The notes beneath the pieces are model-generated. The model searched no databases. It worked only from the letters and a program-made list of their open reading frames with translations, and was not told where the DNA came from. Shown piece by piece: positions 1 through 10,166 of a DNA stretch of 64,000 bases. Within the stretch, counting starts at the first letter, position 1. Each line of letters starts with the position of its first letter. Origin of the DNA: an uncultured Anaerolineales bacterium (GTDB lineage Bacteria; Chloroflexota; Anaerolineae; Epilineales; JAANWY01); NCBI GenBank assembly GCA_964532665.1, contig CAZHMV010000002.1, forward strand, positions 84,679 through 148,678, in the 5' to 3' direction. A program made the translations under genes and the position numbers.

Positions 1-561
1 CCCCAACACCACCCGCAGTGGCAGGTCCAACTGCCGGCGCAGTGGCTGCGCCACCGGCTCCACCCGTGGCTCCCCGATCACCGACACGACACCACTGCGG
101 GCGAAGTAGCGGTCGATGCCCGTCTGCGCTGCGTCACCAGCAGCGCGGGCGATGGCGCCGGCCTGGTCCGCGTCGGGCCACGTCACCCACAGAGTCACGA
201 CGCGATGCCGTGTCTCCGACGATTCTGAGGCGCTGATGGCCCCCGCCGGCACCTCGATCCCCTGATCGGCCAACCGCTCGCTGACCAACTTCGCGAAAGC
301 ATCCCGCCTCACAAACTGGCTGAAATCATCAACCAGGTATTCGGCCGCCTTGGCAGCGCTCTCCCTCGGATCGAAGCCCATCCCGGGCTCGGCCGGCAGG
401 GGGGGAACATCGATCAGCAGGCTGGTGGTCGCCCGGTACAGTTGTGGGGCCGGCCCGCTGAGCACCCTCAGCCCCAGGCTGACGACCAGCACGACCAGGG
501 GCAAGCCCACGGCTACCGGCAGGTGCCGGCGAATGACTGCCCAGTAAGCTTTCAATTCCAT
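1..561 (-). CDS. Wzz/YveK-like polysaccharide chain-length determinant (partial, runs off the window start)
   Basis: Not in the ORF track. Manual translation from ATG 561 gives MELKAYWAVIRRHLPVAVGLPLVVLVVSLG...LYRATTSLLID..., the typical Wzz N-terminal TM helix followed by a YxAT strand. The start overlaps the GT4 stop. Confidence 0.75.
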   Translation of the reverse strand, partial: MELKAYWAVIRRHLPVAVGLPLVVLVVSLGLRVLSGPAPQLYRATTSLLIDVPPLPAEPGMGFDPRESAAKAAEYLVDDFSQFVRRDAFAKLVSERLADQGIEVPAGAISASESSETRHRVVTLWVTWPDADQAGAIARAAGDAAQTGIDRYFARSGVVSVIGEPRVEPVAQPLRRQLDLPLRVVLG

Positions 562-1751
562 CGCTGAGAACTCGATCTGGGTGCTGACGAATGACGAATG
601 CGGCGTCCTTCGCCCGGCTGAGGGCTCACGGTCGATGGTCGATGGTCGGCGGTCGCATCCCTGATCCACCGCCGCAACCTCATCTGGAACCGCTCTACAT
701 CGAACTGCAACGCGTGCTGACGAATGACCTGGGGATCGTAGGCTGACGGATCAAAGCCGGCCACCGCCTCTGCCAATGCTTCCGACGTTTGCTCGTGGAA
801 GAATGTTCCCGTCATTCCATCGATGACGGTGTCCAGCGCCCCGCCGCCGGCAAACGCGATGACAGGCCGGCCCGAAGCCTGGGCTTCAACCGGCGCCAGC
901 CCGAAATCCTCCAGACCCGGCCAGATGAGGGCCTGGCAGTGGGCCAGATGGTCCTGCACTACCTCGGCCGGCTGCCGTCCCAGGAATCGGACGTTTGGGC
1001 CGGCCATCGCCTCCAGATTGGGCCGATCCCGCCCGTCGCCGATGACCACCAGTGGCCGGCCCAGCTCGGTAAACGCTTTCACGGCCAGGTCGATCCGCTT
1101 GTACGGGATGAGCCGTGAGAGGATCAGGTAGTAGTTCCCCGTCCCGTTCGCAGAGGGCCGGAACCGTCGCGTGTCAACCGGTGGATAAATCACCGTTGAT
1201 TCCCGCTGATAGAAACGCTGGATGCGGTGTTGAATCTCTGTTGAGATGGCGGCGAAAGCGCCCACGCGCGTGCGCGCTGCCCGGCGATCCCAGCGCCGGA
1301 GCCATGGCAGGATTAACCGCAGGCCCGTTCGCCCGAGACGCCCCGCTTGTTCTCGTGCCAGGTACTCTGTGGTCTGCCACAGGTATCGCGTGGGCGTGAG
1401 GCAGTAGCACAGATGCGGGATGTTGGCCGGCGTGATGACGCCGTGGCAGAAACCGCTCTTGTTGCTCAGAACCAGGTCGTAGTCAGAGAAGTCGAAGCGT
1501 TCAAAAGCCAGGGGATACAGCGGGAGGTAGTACTGGTGACGCCGGTGGATGGCCGGCAGCCGATCCATGAAGGAGACGCGGATGTCCCAACCGTCCATGT
1601 CAGGCACGGCGGCCGGCCAGTACATGGACGTATAGACCGGCGCCTGCGGAAACATAGATTTGAGGGCGTGCAGCACGATTTCGGCACCGCCGGCCTGGTT
1701 CAGCCAGTCGTGCACAATGGCAATCCGCAAGCCGCGAAGAGAACTTTCCAT
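552..1751 (-). CDS. Glycosyltransferase family 4 (GT-B fold)
   Basis: IAIVHDWLNQAGGAE N-terminus and EDFGLAPVEAQASGRPV (ExFGxxxxEA) motif. Start moved to ATG 1751, just below a promoter-like element. The low-complexity C-terminal tail is repeat-derived. Confidence 0.9.
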   Translation of the reverse strand: MESSLRGLRIAIVHDWLNQAGGAEIVLHALKSMFPQAPVYTSMYWPAAVPDMDGWDIRVSFMDRLPAIHRRHQYYLPLYPLAFERFDFSDYDLVLSNKSGFCHGVITPANIPHLCYCLTPTRYLWQTTEYLAREQAGRLGRTGLRLILPWLRRWDRRAARTRVGAFAAISTEIQHRIQRFYQRESTVIYPPVDTRRFRPSANGTGNYYLILSRLIPYKRIDLAVKAFTELGRPLVVIGDGRDRPNLEAMAGPNVRFLGRQPAEVVQDHLAHCQALIWPGLEDFGLAPVEAQASGRPVIAFAGGGALDTVIDGMTGTFFHEQTSEALAEAVAGFDPSAYDPQVIRQHALQFDVERFQMRLRRWIRDATADHRPSTVSPQPGEGRRIRHSSAPRSSSQRWN

Positions 1752-1760
1752 ACCGACGGA

Positions 1761-1789
1761 AGTATAGCAAAAAGCAAAGCGCAGAGCAA
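1761..1789 (-). promoter_or_regulatory. Sigma70-like promoter for the GT4 gene (TTGCTC-17-TATACT)
   Basis: Hexamers with 17-nt spacing; the -10 box ends 9 nt before the ATG. Confidence 0.55.
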
Positions 1790-1830
1790 AGAGGCGGGGC
1801 CGGCCTGTGGCAGGGGCAGGCAGCGAAGCA

Positions 1831-1926
1831 ACCCTCCCGCAGGTTATCGTCTCCGATGCCCAAATACCTGGTTTTGCAGGGTGCACTTGCATACAAAGCG
1901 ACTTCGCGCTTAACCTGGGGGAGGAT
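1831..1926. mobile_element. MITE-like element, ~96 bp, with ACCCTCCCGCAGGTT-type terminal inverted repeats
   Basis: Left end accctcccgcaggtta (1831-1846) and right end taacctgggggaggat (1911-1926) match 14/16. The same TIR occurs as a perfect pair at 15679/15776. Confidence 0.55.
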
Positions 1927-2026
1927 TCCCAACGCATTTGAGACACACCCAATTGGTGACGCAGATAGAAATGTGATATAATCCGCGTGAGGCACCCAAA
2001 ACTCGACCCTCACCAAGGAGAAGGGC

Positions 2027-2728
2027 ATGTATCCCGATAGCCGGCAGATCATCCATATAGGCGTTAACTTTCGCATAGCCCCGATGCCCATCCTGGACGT
2101 GCAGAGCAATCTGAACTTCCAGCAATCCCTTGTGACCCACGGCATCGATTTCACCCGGGTCCAGTTCACAGAACGGGAGATGGTTGTGGCTCGGGATACA
2201 GCGGCACGTCTGGAGGTGAAGCTCGCGGCCGTTGGTCCACCATCAGTGGGACAGCTTCTGATCCTGGCTCCGCACCCGGGACGTGACCTGACCTTGTTTG
2301 CCAAGGAGGCGGAAGCCGTTGTCGAGGCGTTTGAGGCGACGTGGCCGACGCAGCCGCGACAGATTATATCTCGCGACGCGACGATGCGTGACTTGTATGA
2401 AACTTCGGCCGAACACGCCTTTCGGGAGCTGTGGGAAGTGCGTCTGCACCAGCCGCCGGACTCCCTCGCTGCGCTGGGCCGGCCTGTCCTCGGCGGCGGC
2501 CTCAGATTCGTGATGCCCCCGCAGCCGGACGATCCCGAGCCGGTCCAGATCGAAGTGAAGATAGAATCTTTCTTGAGAGATGCGAAGAAGATCTTTGTGG
2601 AAGCCCAGTTTACGTGGCCTTCGCCAAAGCCGCCCGGCTCACCCTTTGACCCGGCGGACCGGCTGGAGCAGGTCAACGAGTTCATTGAGACCAGGGTCGT
2701 TCCGTTCATGGCGGACGGCCCCGATTAG
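2027..2728 (+). CDS. Hypothetical protein (possibly TIGR04255-like)
   Basis: 233-aa ORF with SD (aaggag) and a TATAAT upstream. The family resemblance is an impression only. Confidence 0.6.
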   Translation: MYPDSRQIIHIGVNFRIAPMPILDVQSNLNFQQSLVTHGIDFTRVQFTEREMVVARDTAARLEVKLAAVGPPSVGQLLILAPHPGRDLTLFAKEAEAVVEAFEATWPTQPRQIISRDATMRDLYETSAEHAFRELWEVRLHQPPDSLAALGRPVLGGGLRFVMPPQPDDPEPVQIEVKIESFLRDAKKIFVEAQFTWPSPKPPGSPFDPADRLEQVNEFIETRVVPFMADGPD

Positions 2729-2799
2729 TAGTGGTTTGGAGTCGTGGACGTGCTGGATGCTATGTGGTTTGAAATTCTGAAGGTAGAGGAGAGATAGCG

Positions 2800-3078
2800 A
2801 TGACTTCAACGACTCTCAGACAATCGATTCAGCGAATGTTGGATGAACTTCCGCCTGAGGTTCTGCCAGAACTGGTAGACTACCTTGACTTTCTGCGATT
2901 CAGGACCAGTCGAAGGACGACTGATCCACAGGTTAAGGAAGCGATACACCTCTACGCGACGGGGGAAATCAGCCTGGGTCGGGCGGCAGAATTAGCGGGG
3001 ATGAACTACTTTCTCTTCGAGGAACTGCTCCGCCGACAGGGGATTTCCGCCATGGAACCTGAAGTGACAGACAGTTGA
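2800..3078 (+). CDS. Antitoxin-like protein: DUF2281-like N-terminus plus UPF0175 HTH C-terminus
   Basis: LDELPPEVLPELVDYLDFLR, then AIHLYATGEISLGRAAELAGM...FEELL (UPF0175 signature). SD gaggag present. Confidence 0.7.
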   Translation: MTSTTLRQSIQRMLDELPPEVLPELVDYLDFLRFRTSRRTTDPQVKEAIHLYATGEISLGRAAELAGMNYFLFEELLRRQGISAMEPEVTDS

Positions 3079-3147
3079 AGCGATGGGTGAAACTGCCGGC
3101 GACCGACGTATGATTATGGGATCGACAATCATCAGAGGAACAGAAGC

Positions 3148-3822
3148 ATGGCCGAGCGCATACTGATCGTCGAAGATGAGGTATCCATCGCCGACTTCAT
3201 CCGCCGTGGCCTGCTGCTTGAGGACTATGCCGTCGAGGTTGCCTACGACGGATACGAAGGGCTGAAAAAGGCGTTAGAAAGCTCGCCAGGCCTGATCATT
3301 CTGGACATCATGTTGCCAGGAATAGATGGCCTGGAAGTATGCCGGCAAGTCCGACGTCAGAGCGACGTGCCGATCATCATGCTTACGGCCAAGGATGCCA
3401 TCCCGGATCGCGTGGCCGGCCTGGAAGCCGGCGCCGACGACTACCTGGTCAAGCCCTTCGCCTTCGATGAGTTGGTGGCGCGTATCCGTGCTCTGCTGCG
3501 CCGGCATCGCCCCACCACCAGCGCGGAGCTTCGCTTTGCCGGCCTGCGGCTCAACCCGGCCACTCGCGAGGTGTACCGTGGCAATCGCCCCATCGATCTG
3601 ACGGCCAAGGAGTATGATCTCCTGGAGCTTTTCATGCGTCACCCTCGCCAGGTGCTGACCAGAGACGCCATCTACGAGCAGGTTTGGGGCTACGACTTCG
3701 GCGGCGAATCGAACATCATCGAAGTGTACATACGCTATTTGCGCTCCAAGTTGGAAGCCGACGGCGAACCCCGGCTAATCCAGACCGTGCGCGGCGTTGG
3801 CTACGCCCTTCGGGAAAACTAG
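3148..3822 (+). CDS. OmpR/PhoB-family response regulator (MprA-like)
   Basis: [27 protein letters not shown] receiver motifs; C-terminal winged helix ...IQTVRGVGY. Confidence 0.95.
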   Translation: MAERILIVEDEVSIADFIRRGLLLEDYAVEVAYDGYEGLKKALESSPGLIILDIMLPGIDGLEVCRQVRRQSDVPIIMLTAKDAIPDRVAGLEAGADDYLVKPFAFDELVARIRALLRRHRPTTSAELRFAGLRLNPATREVYRGNRPIDLTAKEYDLLELFMRHPRQVLTRDAIYEQVWGYDFGGESNIIEVYIRYLRSKLEADGEPRLIQTVRGVGYALREN

Positions 3823-3835
3823 ACGCTGGTTCATC

Positions 3836-5275
3836 ATGTCCATTCGAATTCGACTTGGCCTCCTTTATGGTGCTGTCATGGCCCTGGTCCTGGTCGTCCT
3901 GGGGACTGCGCTGTACTACTTTCTTTACTTCACGCTGAACGCCGAAGTGGATCGAACGATGGAACAGGCCGCCGAAACGGTGGCTGCCTCGGCGCGGCCG
4001 GCCCTGATGCCCCAGATGGGGCTGGTAGTGGGGTTTCTCGAATTCGACGTATTTGCCTCCCCGCCCATCTACGTCCAGGCTGTCAACCCCAAAGGCGTTG
4101 TCAGGCGGACGTCCAGCAACCTGGGTGGGGAGACCCTGCCAGAGCTACCCGACGCAATAGCGGCAGCGCTTCAGGGCAACACAGTCTGGCGTGACGTACA
4201 CACCGCCGACGCCCACCTCCGGATTCTCAGCAAACCGTTGGCATTGGGCGGCAAAACGGTGATCGGCGTGTTGCAAGTGGGAGCCTCGCTGAACAACATT
4301 GATCAGACCCTGCACCAACTGCTGACCATCCTGGGGGCCGCCAGCCTGATCTCCATCGTCCTGTCGGCCGGCCTCGGCTTCTTCCTCGCCGACCGCGCCC
4401 TGGCACCCATCGACCGCATCACCCAAACGGCACTCCAGATCTCGCGCACCGAAGACCTGAGCCGGCGCATCCAACAGGTCGGCCCCCAAGACGAAGTGGG
4501 ACGGCTGGCAACCACCTTCAATGAAATGCTAGAGCGCATCGAGCGCCTGTTCCGCACCCAGCAACGCTTCATTGCCGATGTATCACACGAACTACGCACG
4601 CCTCTCACGGTGATTCGCGGCAACCTGGACATCCTTCGACGTGTCAACAGCACGTCGGAGCGCTCCTCGCCGACGAAGGAGGGCGGGAATGGCCACCATC
4701 AGCCGATGCTCGATGAATCGCTGGCCGCTATAGAGCAAGAAGCCGACCGCATGGCCCGGTTGCTCAACGACCTGTTACTCCTGGCTCAGGCCGATGCAGG
4801 CATCCAGCTTCACCATGAACTGGTTGAAATCGACTGCGTGCTGCTTGATGTGTACCGCCACGGCCAGGCCCTGGCCAACGGCGTCCAGCTTCAACTCACG
4901 GCTGAGGATCGAGCCCTGGTGGCCGGCGATCCCGATCGACTCAAGCAGCTCTTGCTGAATTTGGTTGACAATGCGATCAAATACACGCCGGCCGGCGGCC
5001 AGGTGTCCCTGGGACTGGCGCGACGCGACGGATGGGTGCGGATTGACATCGCCGACACGGGGATTGGTATCCCGGCCGACGATCTCCCTCACATCTTCGA
5101 GCGTTTCTATCGCGTTGAGAAGGCCCGCACCCGCAAGTACGGCGGCACCGGCCTCGGCCTCTCCATCGCACGCTGGATTGCCGACGTCCACGGCGGGTAC
5201 ATCGACGTCGAAAGTGAAGTTGGCCAGGGAACGACCTTCACCGTATGGCTCCCCGAGGCGACGGACGAAGAATGA
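3836..5275 (+). CDS. HAMP-domain sensor histidine kinase
   Basis: Two TM helices, HAMP, H-box ADVSHELRTPL, N-box NLVDNAIKY, G boxes DTGIGI and GTGLGL. Start set at ATG 3836. Confidence 0.95.
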   Translation: MSIRIRLGLLYGAVMALVLVVLGTALYYFLYFTLNAEVDRTMEQAAETVAASARPALMPQMGLVVGFLEFDVFASPPIYVQAVNPKGVVRRTSSNLGGETLPELPDAIAAALQGNTVWRDVHTADAHLRILSKPLALGGKTVIGVLQVGASLNNIDQTLHQLLTILGAASLISIVLSAGLGFFLADRALAPIDRITQTALQISRTEDLSRRIQQVGPQDEVGRLATTFNEMLERIERLFRTQQRFIADVSHELRTPLTVIRGNLDILRRVNSTSERSSPTKEGGNGHHQPMLDESLAAIEQEADRMARLLNDLLLLAQADAGIQLHHELVEIDCVLLDVYRHGQALANGVQLQLTAEDRALVAGDPDRLKQLLLNLVDNAIKYTPAGGQVSLGLARRDGWVRIDIADTGIGIPADDLPHIFERFYRVEKARTRKYGGTGLGLSIARWIADVHGGYIDVESEVGQGTTFTVWLPEATDEE

Positions 5276-5296
5276 GTAAGGTTCAAGGAGCAATCT

Positions 5297-6559
5297 ATGT
5301 GGCGTAAACGCATGACGATCATGGTGGCCCTGCTGGGGTTCACTATGCTGGTGGCCAGCCTCAGTTTCACGGCCGGCATCCATGCGGCCGGGTACCCAAC
5401 AAGCACAATCGTCTCACGCATCCCGCTTGCCGACGATATCGTCGGCTTCGTCAACACGCATCCGGCCGCCGGCGCCCCCGATGACCTGGAAAAAGACTTC
5501 GCTGTCTTCTGGGATGTCTGGCACATCGTCGAGAACGACTTCTTCGGCCAGATCGACCGCCAGGCCATGATTCAGGGCGCGATCAAAGGCATGGTCAGTG
5601 CGCTGGACGACCCCTACACCCAGTATGTCAATCCGCAGCAGAACGCGATCATGCGTCAAGATGACAGCGGCGGATTCGAGGGCATCGGGGCCACGGTTGA
5701 CATCATCGATGGCCAACTCACCATCGTTTCTCCGCTCAGGGGCAGCCCGGCTGACCGTGCAGGTCTCAAGGCCGGCGACATCATCCTTGAAGTCGATGGA
5801 CGACCCGTCAAGGGCCTGGACTTGATCGAGGCTGTGTCCCTTGTTCGTGGCCCCAAGGACTCCACCGTCACGCTGACCATCGAGCGTGAAGGCATTGCTG
5901 AGCCGTTCACCGTCTCCATCGTTCGCGCGGCGATTCCGCTGATCACCGTGGACAGCCGGATGCTGACCGACCAGGTCGGTTACCTTGCCATCCACAGCTT
6001 CGGAAGCCACACCGTTGAGGAACTGGACAACAACCTGCGGAAGTTGGAGGAACAGGGCACCCGAGCTCTGATCCTGGACCTGCGAGGCAACCCCGGAGGC
6101 TTCCTCGACGCTGCGGTTGAGACGGTGAGCCGGTTCGTCGAGAGTGGGCCGGCCCTGTGGTGGCAGAACGCAGACGGCACCAGCCGTCCGATTGACGTCA
6201 AGTCACGCCGCACCTTCAAGTGGCCCATGGTCGTGCTGATCGATGGAGGCAGCGCTAGCGCGTCGGAGATCGTGGCCGGCGCATTGCAGGATACGGGCCG
6301 CGCCACCCTCATCGGTGAGCGGAGTTTCGGCAAAGGGTCCGTGCAAAACGTGCATCAACTGCGGGACGGGGGCAGCGTCCGCGTGACGACCGCCCATTGG
6401 CTCACGCCGGACAAACATGAGATCAACGGTGTCGGTCTGGAGCCGGACGTCCACGTCACACGAGACGAATCCCGGCCAGACGTAGACACCCAGTTGAGCT
6501 TCGCCCGCCGGCTGTTGCAAAACCGAATTGCTGTGCCACGCCACATCCCGTTCAAATAG
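5297..6559 (+). CDS. ctpA: S41A carboxy-terminal processing protease with PDZ domain
   Basis: Signal peptide, PDZ (GIGA..PA.RAGLK.GD), LILDLRGNPGG, SASASEIVAGALQD, GKGSVQ. Confidence 0.92.
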   Translation: MWRKRMTIMVALLGFTMLVASLSFTAGIHAAGYPTSTIVSRIPLADDIVGFVNTHPAAGAPDDLEKDFAVFWDVWHIVENDFFGQIDRQAMIQGAIKGMVSALDDPYTQYVNPQQNAIMRQDDSGGFEGIGATVDIIDGQLTIVSPLRGSPADRAGLKAGDIILEVDGRPVKGLDLIEAVSLVRGPKDSTVTLTIEREGIAEPFTVSIVRAAIPLITVDSRMLTDQVGYLAIHSFGSHTVEELDNNLRKLEEQGTRALILDLRGNPGGFLDAAVETVSRFVESGPALWWQNADGTSRPIDVKSRRTFKWPMVVLIDGGSASASEIVAGALQDTGRATLIGERSFGKGSVQNVHQLRDGGSVRVTTAHWLTPDKHEINGVGLEPDVHVTRDESRPDVDTQLSFARRLLQNRIAVPRHIPFK

Positions 6560-6568
6560 GTCTCGAAT

Positions 6569-8668
6569 ATGAAAAGGTGGCTCGCCGGACTTCTCATCGC
6601 CCTGGTGGCCTGCTCGGCCGCAACGGTCATAATGGCCGGCGGGTGGGCCTGGCACCGCTATGGTCGCCCGGAAGCGGTACAGACAGCCAATCGAGCAGCC
6701 ACGGTGCCCCCTCCACTCGCCGCAGATGTCTCGTCAGACCAGCCGGCGCAACCCACGGTGCGAGCAAAGCGCCCATCCGGGGCGGCGCGTCAATCGGGTG
6801 CAGCCACCGCTTCGCCGAAGCCGAGCCCAACCCTTCGACAGGCTCAGGATGCCCTTCGACAGGCTCAGGGTGGTACGCGACCGGCACCAACACCGACCCC
6901 GACGCCCGAGCCATCCACGCTCGAAAAAATTCGAGCGGCCCGTCCCTTGCCAGTGCGTGACCTGTTCAGCCTGGCCCAGCGCCTGGGGCGAGTGGGCGGT
7001 GGTGCCCGGCGCGTCATCAATCCGGCCCCCCCTGAGTACCAGGTCGGTGATCAGACCACATTCTGGATCTCGGAGGAGGCCGGCAAGACCTACTCCGAGA
7101 TCACGGCTACGCTACGCTACATCGGCCAGCACGCAGCCTGGTGGGTCGAGGACGGGGCAGACTACGATGAGGATGGCCTGGTCGCAGCCGCGAAGCGATT
7201 TGATGAACAGACCTACCCGACCAACCATCACTACTTCGGTGAGGAATGGCTCCCGGGGGTTGACAACGACCCGCGCATTCAGGTCGTCAATGGCCGGCTG
7301 TCCCAGGGCATCGGTGGCTACTACTCCAGCTCGGATGAATATCCCGACGCGATCAATCCTCACTCAAATCAGCGTGAGGTGATCTACATCAACCTGGAGG
7401 CCTACTCACCGGGCGAGGAACGGTACGATGCGGTGATCGCCCACGAATTTCAGCACATGATCCACTGGCATAACGACGCCAACGAGAGCACCTGGGTTGA
7501 TGAGGGCCTCTCCGAACTGGCGGTCTACCTGAACGGCTACGGCCAGCAGCGCTGGGCATCGGTCTTCGCGCGCGAGCCGGACACCCAGCTTAATGCGTGG
7601 GTGGATGATACGAGCACAGCCGGCGTCCACTATGGCGCCAGCTACCTGTTCATGCGCTACTTTGCTGAACGCTTCGGCGCGGAGCGTGTTCGCAAACTGG
7701 TTGCATCCGACGAAAGCGGCATGATGGGATTCGACGCCGTGCTCTCCGACGATGGGTTGAGTTTCGACGACGTCTTTCGCGACTGGGTCGTGGCCAACTA
7801 TCTGGGCGATACATCTGTTGCGAACAGTCAGTACGGCTATCAGGATGTTCATATCGCCGTTCACATCGAGAAAGATCTGCAAGCGGACGAGAGTTGGGGA
7901 GACGTCGTTCAGCAATATGGCACGGATTACGTGGAACTGAAACCAGACATCGGCCCACTCTCTGTCCGGTTCAAGGGGCGCGTCACCGTCCCGGTGCTGG
8001 CAACGGAGGCTCACAGCGGCAAGCATTTCTTCTGGTCCAACCGGGGTGACGGTAGTGTCACCTCCATGACGCGCGCCTTCGATCTAACCCACACCGAGCA
8101 GGCCACGCTGGAAGCCTGGCTGTGGTACGATATCGAGGAGTTCTTCGACTTCGTCTACGTTGAAGTCTCAACCGATGGCGGTGAGAGCTGGCAAACCCTG
8201 GCCGGCCAGCACAGCGTCACCGAGAACCCCACGGGCAACGGACTGGGACCCGGTTATTCGGGGCAGAGCCAATCGGAGGGGAAACACGACTGGGTGAAGG
8301 AATCCATCGACCTGTCGCCGTACGCCGGCCAGAAAATCTTGATCCGCTGGGAGCAAATCACCGATGACGGCTACAACGCCCCCGGCTTCGCTATCGACGA
8401 CATCGCCATCCCCGAAATCGGCTATTTTGAAGACTTCGAGAACGGTGATGGCGGGTGGAAGACCAGCGGCTTCGTCCGCATCGATAACATACTCCCACAG
8501 CATTGGTCCCTGCAACTGATCGAACCAGGTGACACGCCTCGCGTCCAGCAGATCCCGGTGTACGATGGTCGTGCCACCTTCAAAGTCGATCAACCTGCTG
8601 TACTCGCTATCTCAGCCATGACGCCATTCACGACCGAGCCGGCGAGTTACACCGTCTCAGTGGACTGA
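6569..8668 (+). CDS. Secreted/anchored zinc metalloprotease, immune inhibitor A (M6/M30)-like, with C-terminal beta-sandwich
   Basis: N-terminal TM and P/T-rich linker; AHEFQHMIH (HExxH) plus DEGLSE; InhA-like WYDIE...VEVSTDGG and DLSPYAGQ.I.IRW segment. Confidence 0.8.
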   Translation: MKRWLAGLLIALVACSAATVIMAGGWAWHRYGRPEAVQTANRAATVPPPLAADVSSDQPAQPTVRAKRPSGAARQSGAATASPKPSPTLRQAQDALRQAQGGTRPAPTPTPTPEPSTLEKIRAARPLPVRDLFSLAQRLGRVGGGARRVINPAPPEYQVGDQTTFWISEEAGKTYSEITATLRYIGQHAAWWVEDGADYDEDGLVAAAKRFDEQTYPTNHHYFGEEWLPGVDNDPRIQVVNGRLSQGIGGYYSSSDEYPDAINPHSNQREVIYINLEAYSPGEERYDAVIAHEFQHMIHWHNDANESTWVDEGLSELAVYLNGYGQQRWASVFAREPDTQLNAWVDDTSTAGVHYGASYLFMRYFAERFGAERVRKLVASDESGMMGFDAVLSDDGLSFDDVFRDWVVANYLGDTSVANSQYGYQDVHIAVHIEKDLQADESWGDVVQQYGTDYVELKPDIGPLSVRFKGRVTVPVLATEAHSGKHFFWSNRGDGSVTSMTRAFDLTHTEQATLEAWLWYDIEEFFDFVYVEVSTDGGESWQTLAGQHSVTENPTGNGLGPGYSGQSQSEGKHDWVKESIDLSPYAGQKILIRWEQITDDGYNAPGFAIDDIAIPEIGYFEDFENGDGGWKTSGFVRIDNILPQHWSLQLIEPGDTPRVQQIPVYDGRATFKVDQPAVLAISAMTPFTTEPASYTVSVD
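6831..6871. repeat. Two tandem CCTTCGACAGGCTCAGG palindromic-family repeats, in frame (encode LRQAQDALRQAQG)
   Basis: Same motif as the intergenic copies at 12297, 12370, 53636 and 58377 (reverse orientation). Confidence 0.75.
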
Positions 8669-10066
8669 GTGTGTGTGAAGAAATCACTCTTTCTTCTCGC
8701 CTGCCTGGTCGCCACACCTGTCCACGCTGATCCCTCCATCGACCCACGCTTCGGAGTTGTCCAGGCGTACGAGGCAGCCGAGGCAGCCGACGAGGTCGAA
8801 GTTGGCTGGGAGCGATTGTTCTTTTCGTGGCCGGACATGCAACCCGACGGCCCGGATCGGTGGGATGAGCCATACTACGGGGACGCGGCCATCGATCAGG
8901 AGGTGGCCGCCGGTCGCGAATTGGTAGGGCTCCTCATCAACACGCCGGCCTGGGCCACCGACGGGTCATCGTTCGCCTCTGTCCCCCGCGGCCTGTATCT
9001 CCCCTACGACGACCCGGAGAACACCTGGGGCCGGTTCGTGGCCGGCATGGCCAGGCGTTACGCCGGCCGCATCGACCGCTGGATCGTGTGGAACGAACCG
9101 GACATCTGGGACGCGGGTCATCCGGCCTACACCTGGGAGGGCAGCGTTGAGGACTACTACCGGCTGGTTCAGGTGGCCTACCTGGCGGCCAGAGTCGCCA
9201 ATCCTGACGCGAAGATCCATCTGGGCGCTTTCACGTATTGGTGGGATGTCAACTACGGACGCCGGCCCTATCTGCTGCGCTTCCTCGACGTCGTCGCCGC
9301 CGATCCCACCGGGCCGGCCAACGACTACTATTTCGATGTCGCCACCGTCCATGCCTATTTTCGGCCCGAGCAGGTCTACGATCTGGTTCGGTTTACCCGC
9401 CAGGCCATGTTGGACCGTGGGATCGACAAGCCGGTGTGGGTCAACGAGACCAACGCGCCGCCGTCCAATGATCCGGTCAATCCCATCAACGGGCCGCTGT
9501 TTCCCGTGCGCCTGTGGGAACAGCCGGCCTTCCTCATCCAGGCTTTCGCCATGGCTTTCGCTGCCGGCGCGGAGCGGGTGGAAGTCTACAAGATGTACGA
9601 CGAGGCACGGCTTTACAGCGGCGAACCATACGGATTGCTGCGTCACGACTTCAGTCGCCGGCCGGCGCTGCGAGCATTCGACACCATGACCGATTACTTC
9701 GCCGGTTTCACCACGGCCACGCTGCAGCGCGCCGGCCCGGTCAACGCGGTGCGCCTGGAACGCCCAGCCGACACCACCACCGTGCTGTGGAACCGCAGCG
9801 ATCGCGCCCTGCTGGTTTGGGTGCCGGCAACGAGCGCCAATGCGTGGCTCATCGATGCCATGGGCCGGCAGCGAATCGTCAGGGCCACGGACGGCGTGTA
9901 CCGGCTGCGATTGCCCGGCACCATCTGCCGCCAGGGCGATTGTTTCATCGGTGGGCCGCCGCGTCTGCTGGTCGAAGCGGGTCAGTCGCCGGCACATCCC
10001 ATCACAGTCTTGCCGTCACGGCTACAACCGTGGGCCGGCGCTGGCCGGCGACCGGTTCCTCGTTGA
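8669..10066 (+). CDS. Secreted clan GH-A glycoside hydrolase (GH39/GH5-like)
   Basis: Signal peptide; WIVWNEPD (acid/base) and WVNETN (nucleophile) motifs. GTG start at 8669 or 8675. Confidence 0.75.
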   Translation: MCVKKSLFLLACLVATPVHADPSIDPRFGVVQAYEAAEAADEVEVGWERLFFSWPDMQPDGPDRWDEPYYGDAAIDQEVAAGRELVGLLINTPAWATDGSSFASVPRGLYLPYDDPENTWGRFVAGMARRYAGRIDRWIVWNEPDIWDAGHPAYTWEGSVEDYYRLVQVAYLAARVANPDAKIHLGAFTYWWDVNYGRRPYLLRFLDVVAADPTGPANDYYFDVATVHAYFRPEQVYDLVRFTRQAMLDRGIDKPVWVNETNAPPSNDPVNPINGPLFPVRLWEQPAFLIQAFAMAFAAGAERVEVYKMYDEARLYSGEPYGLLRHDFSRRPALRAFDTMTDYFAGFTTATLQRAGPVNAVRLERPADTTTVLWNRSDRALLVWVPATSANAWLIDAMGRQRIVRATDGVYRLRLPGTICRQGDCFIGGPPRLLVEAGQSPAHPITVLPSRLQPWAGAGRRPVPR

Positions 10067-10166
10067 TGGGGTGCCTGCCAACATTGAGCGCATTGATCGC
10101 CGAAGGTCTCCGACCGAGGCGAAAAGGGCTCGGTCGGAGACCTTCGCCCATCGTAGTGAAACTGTG

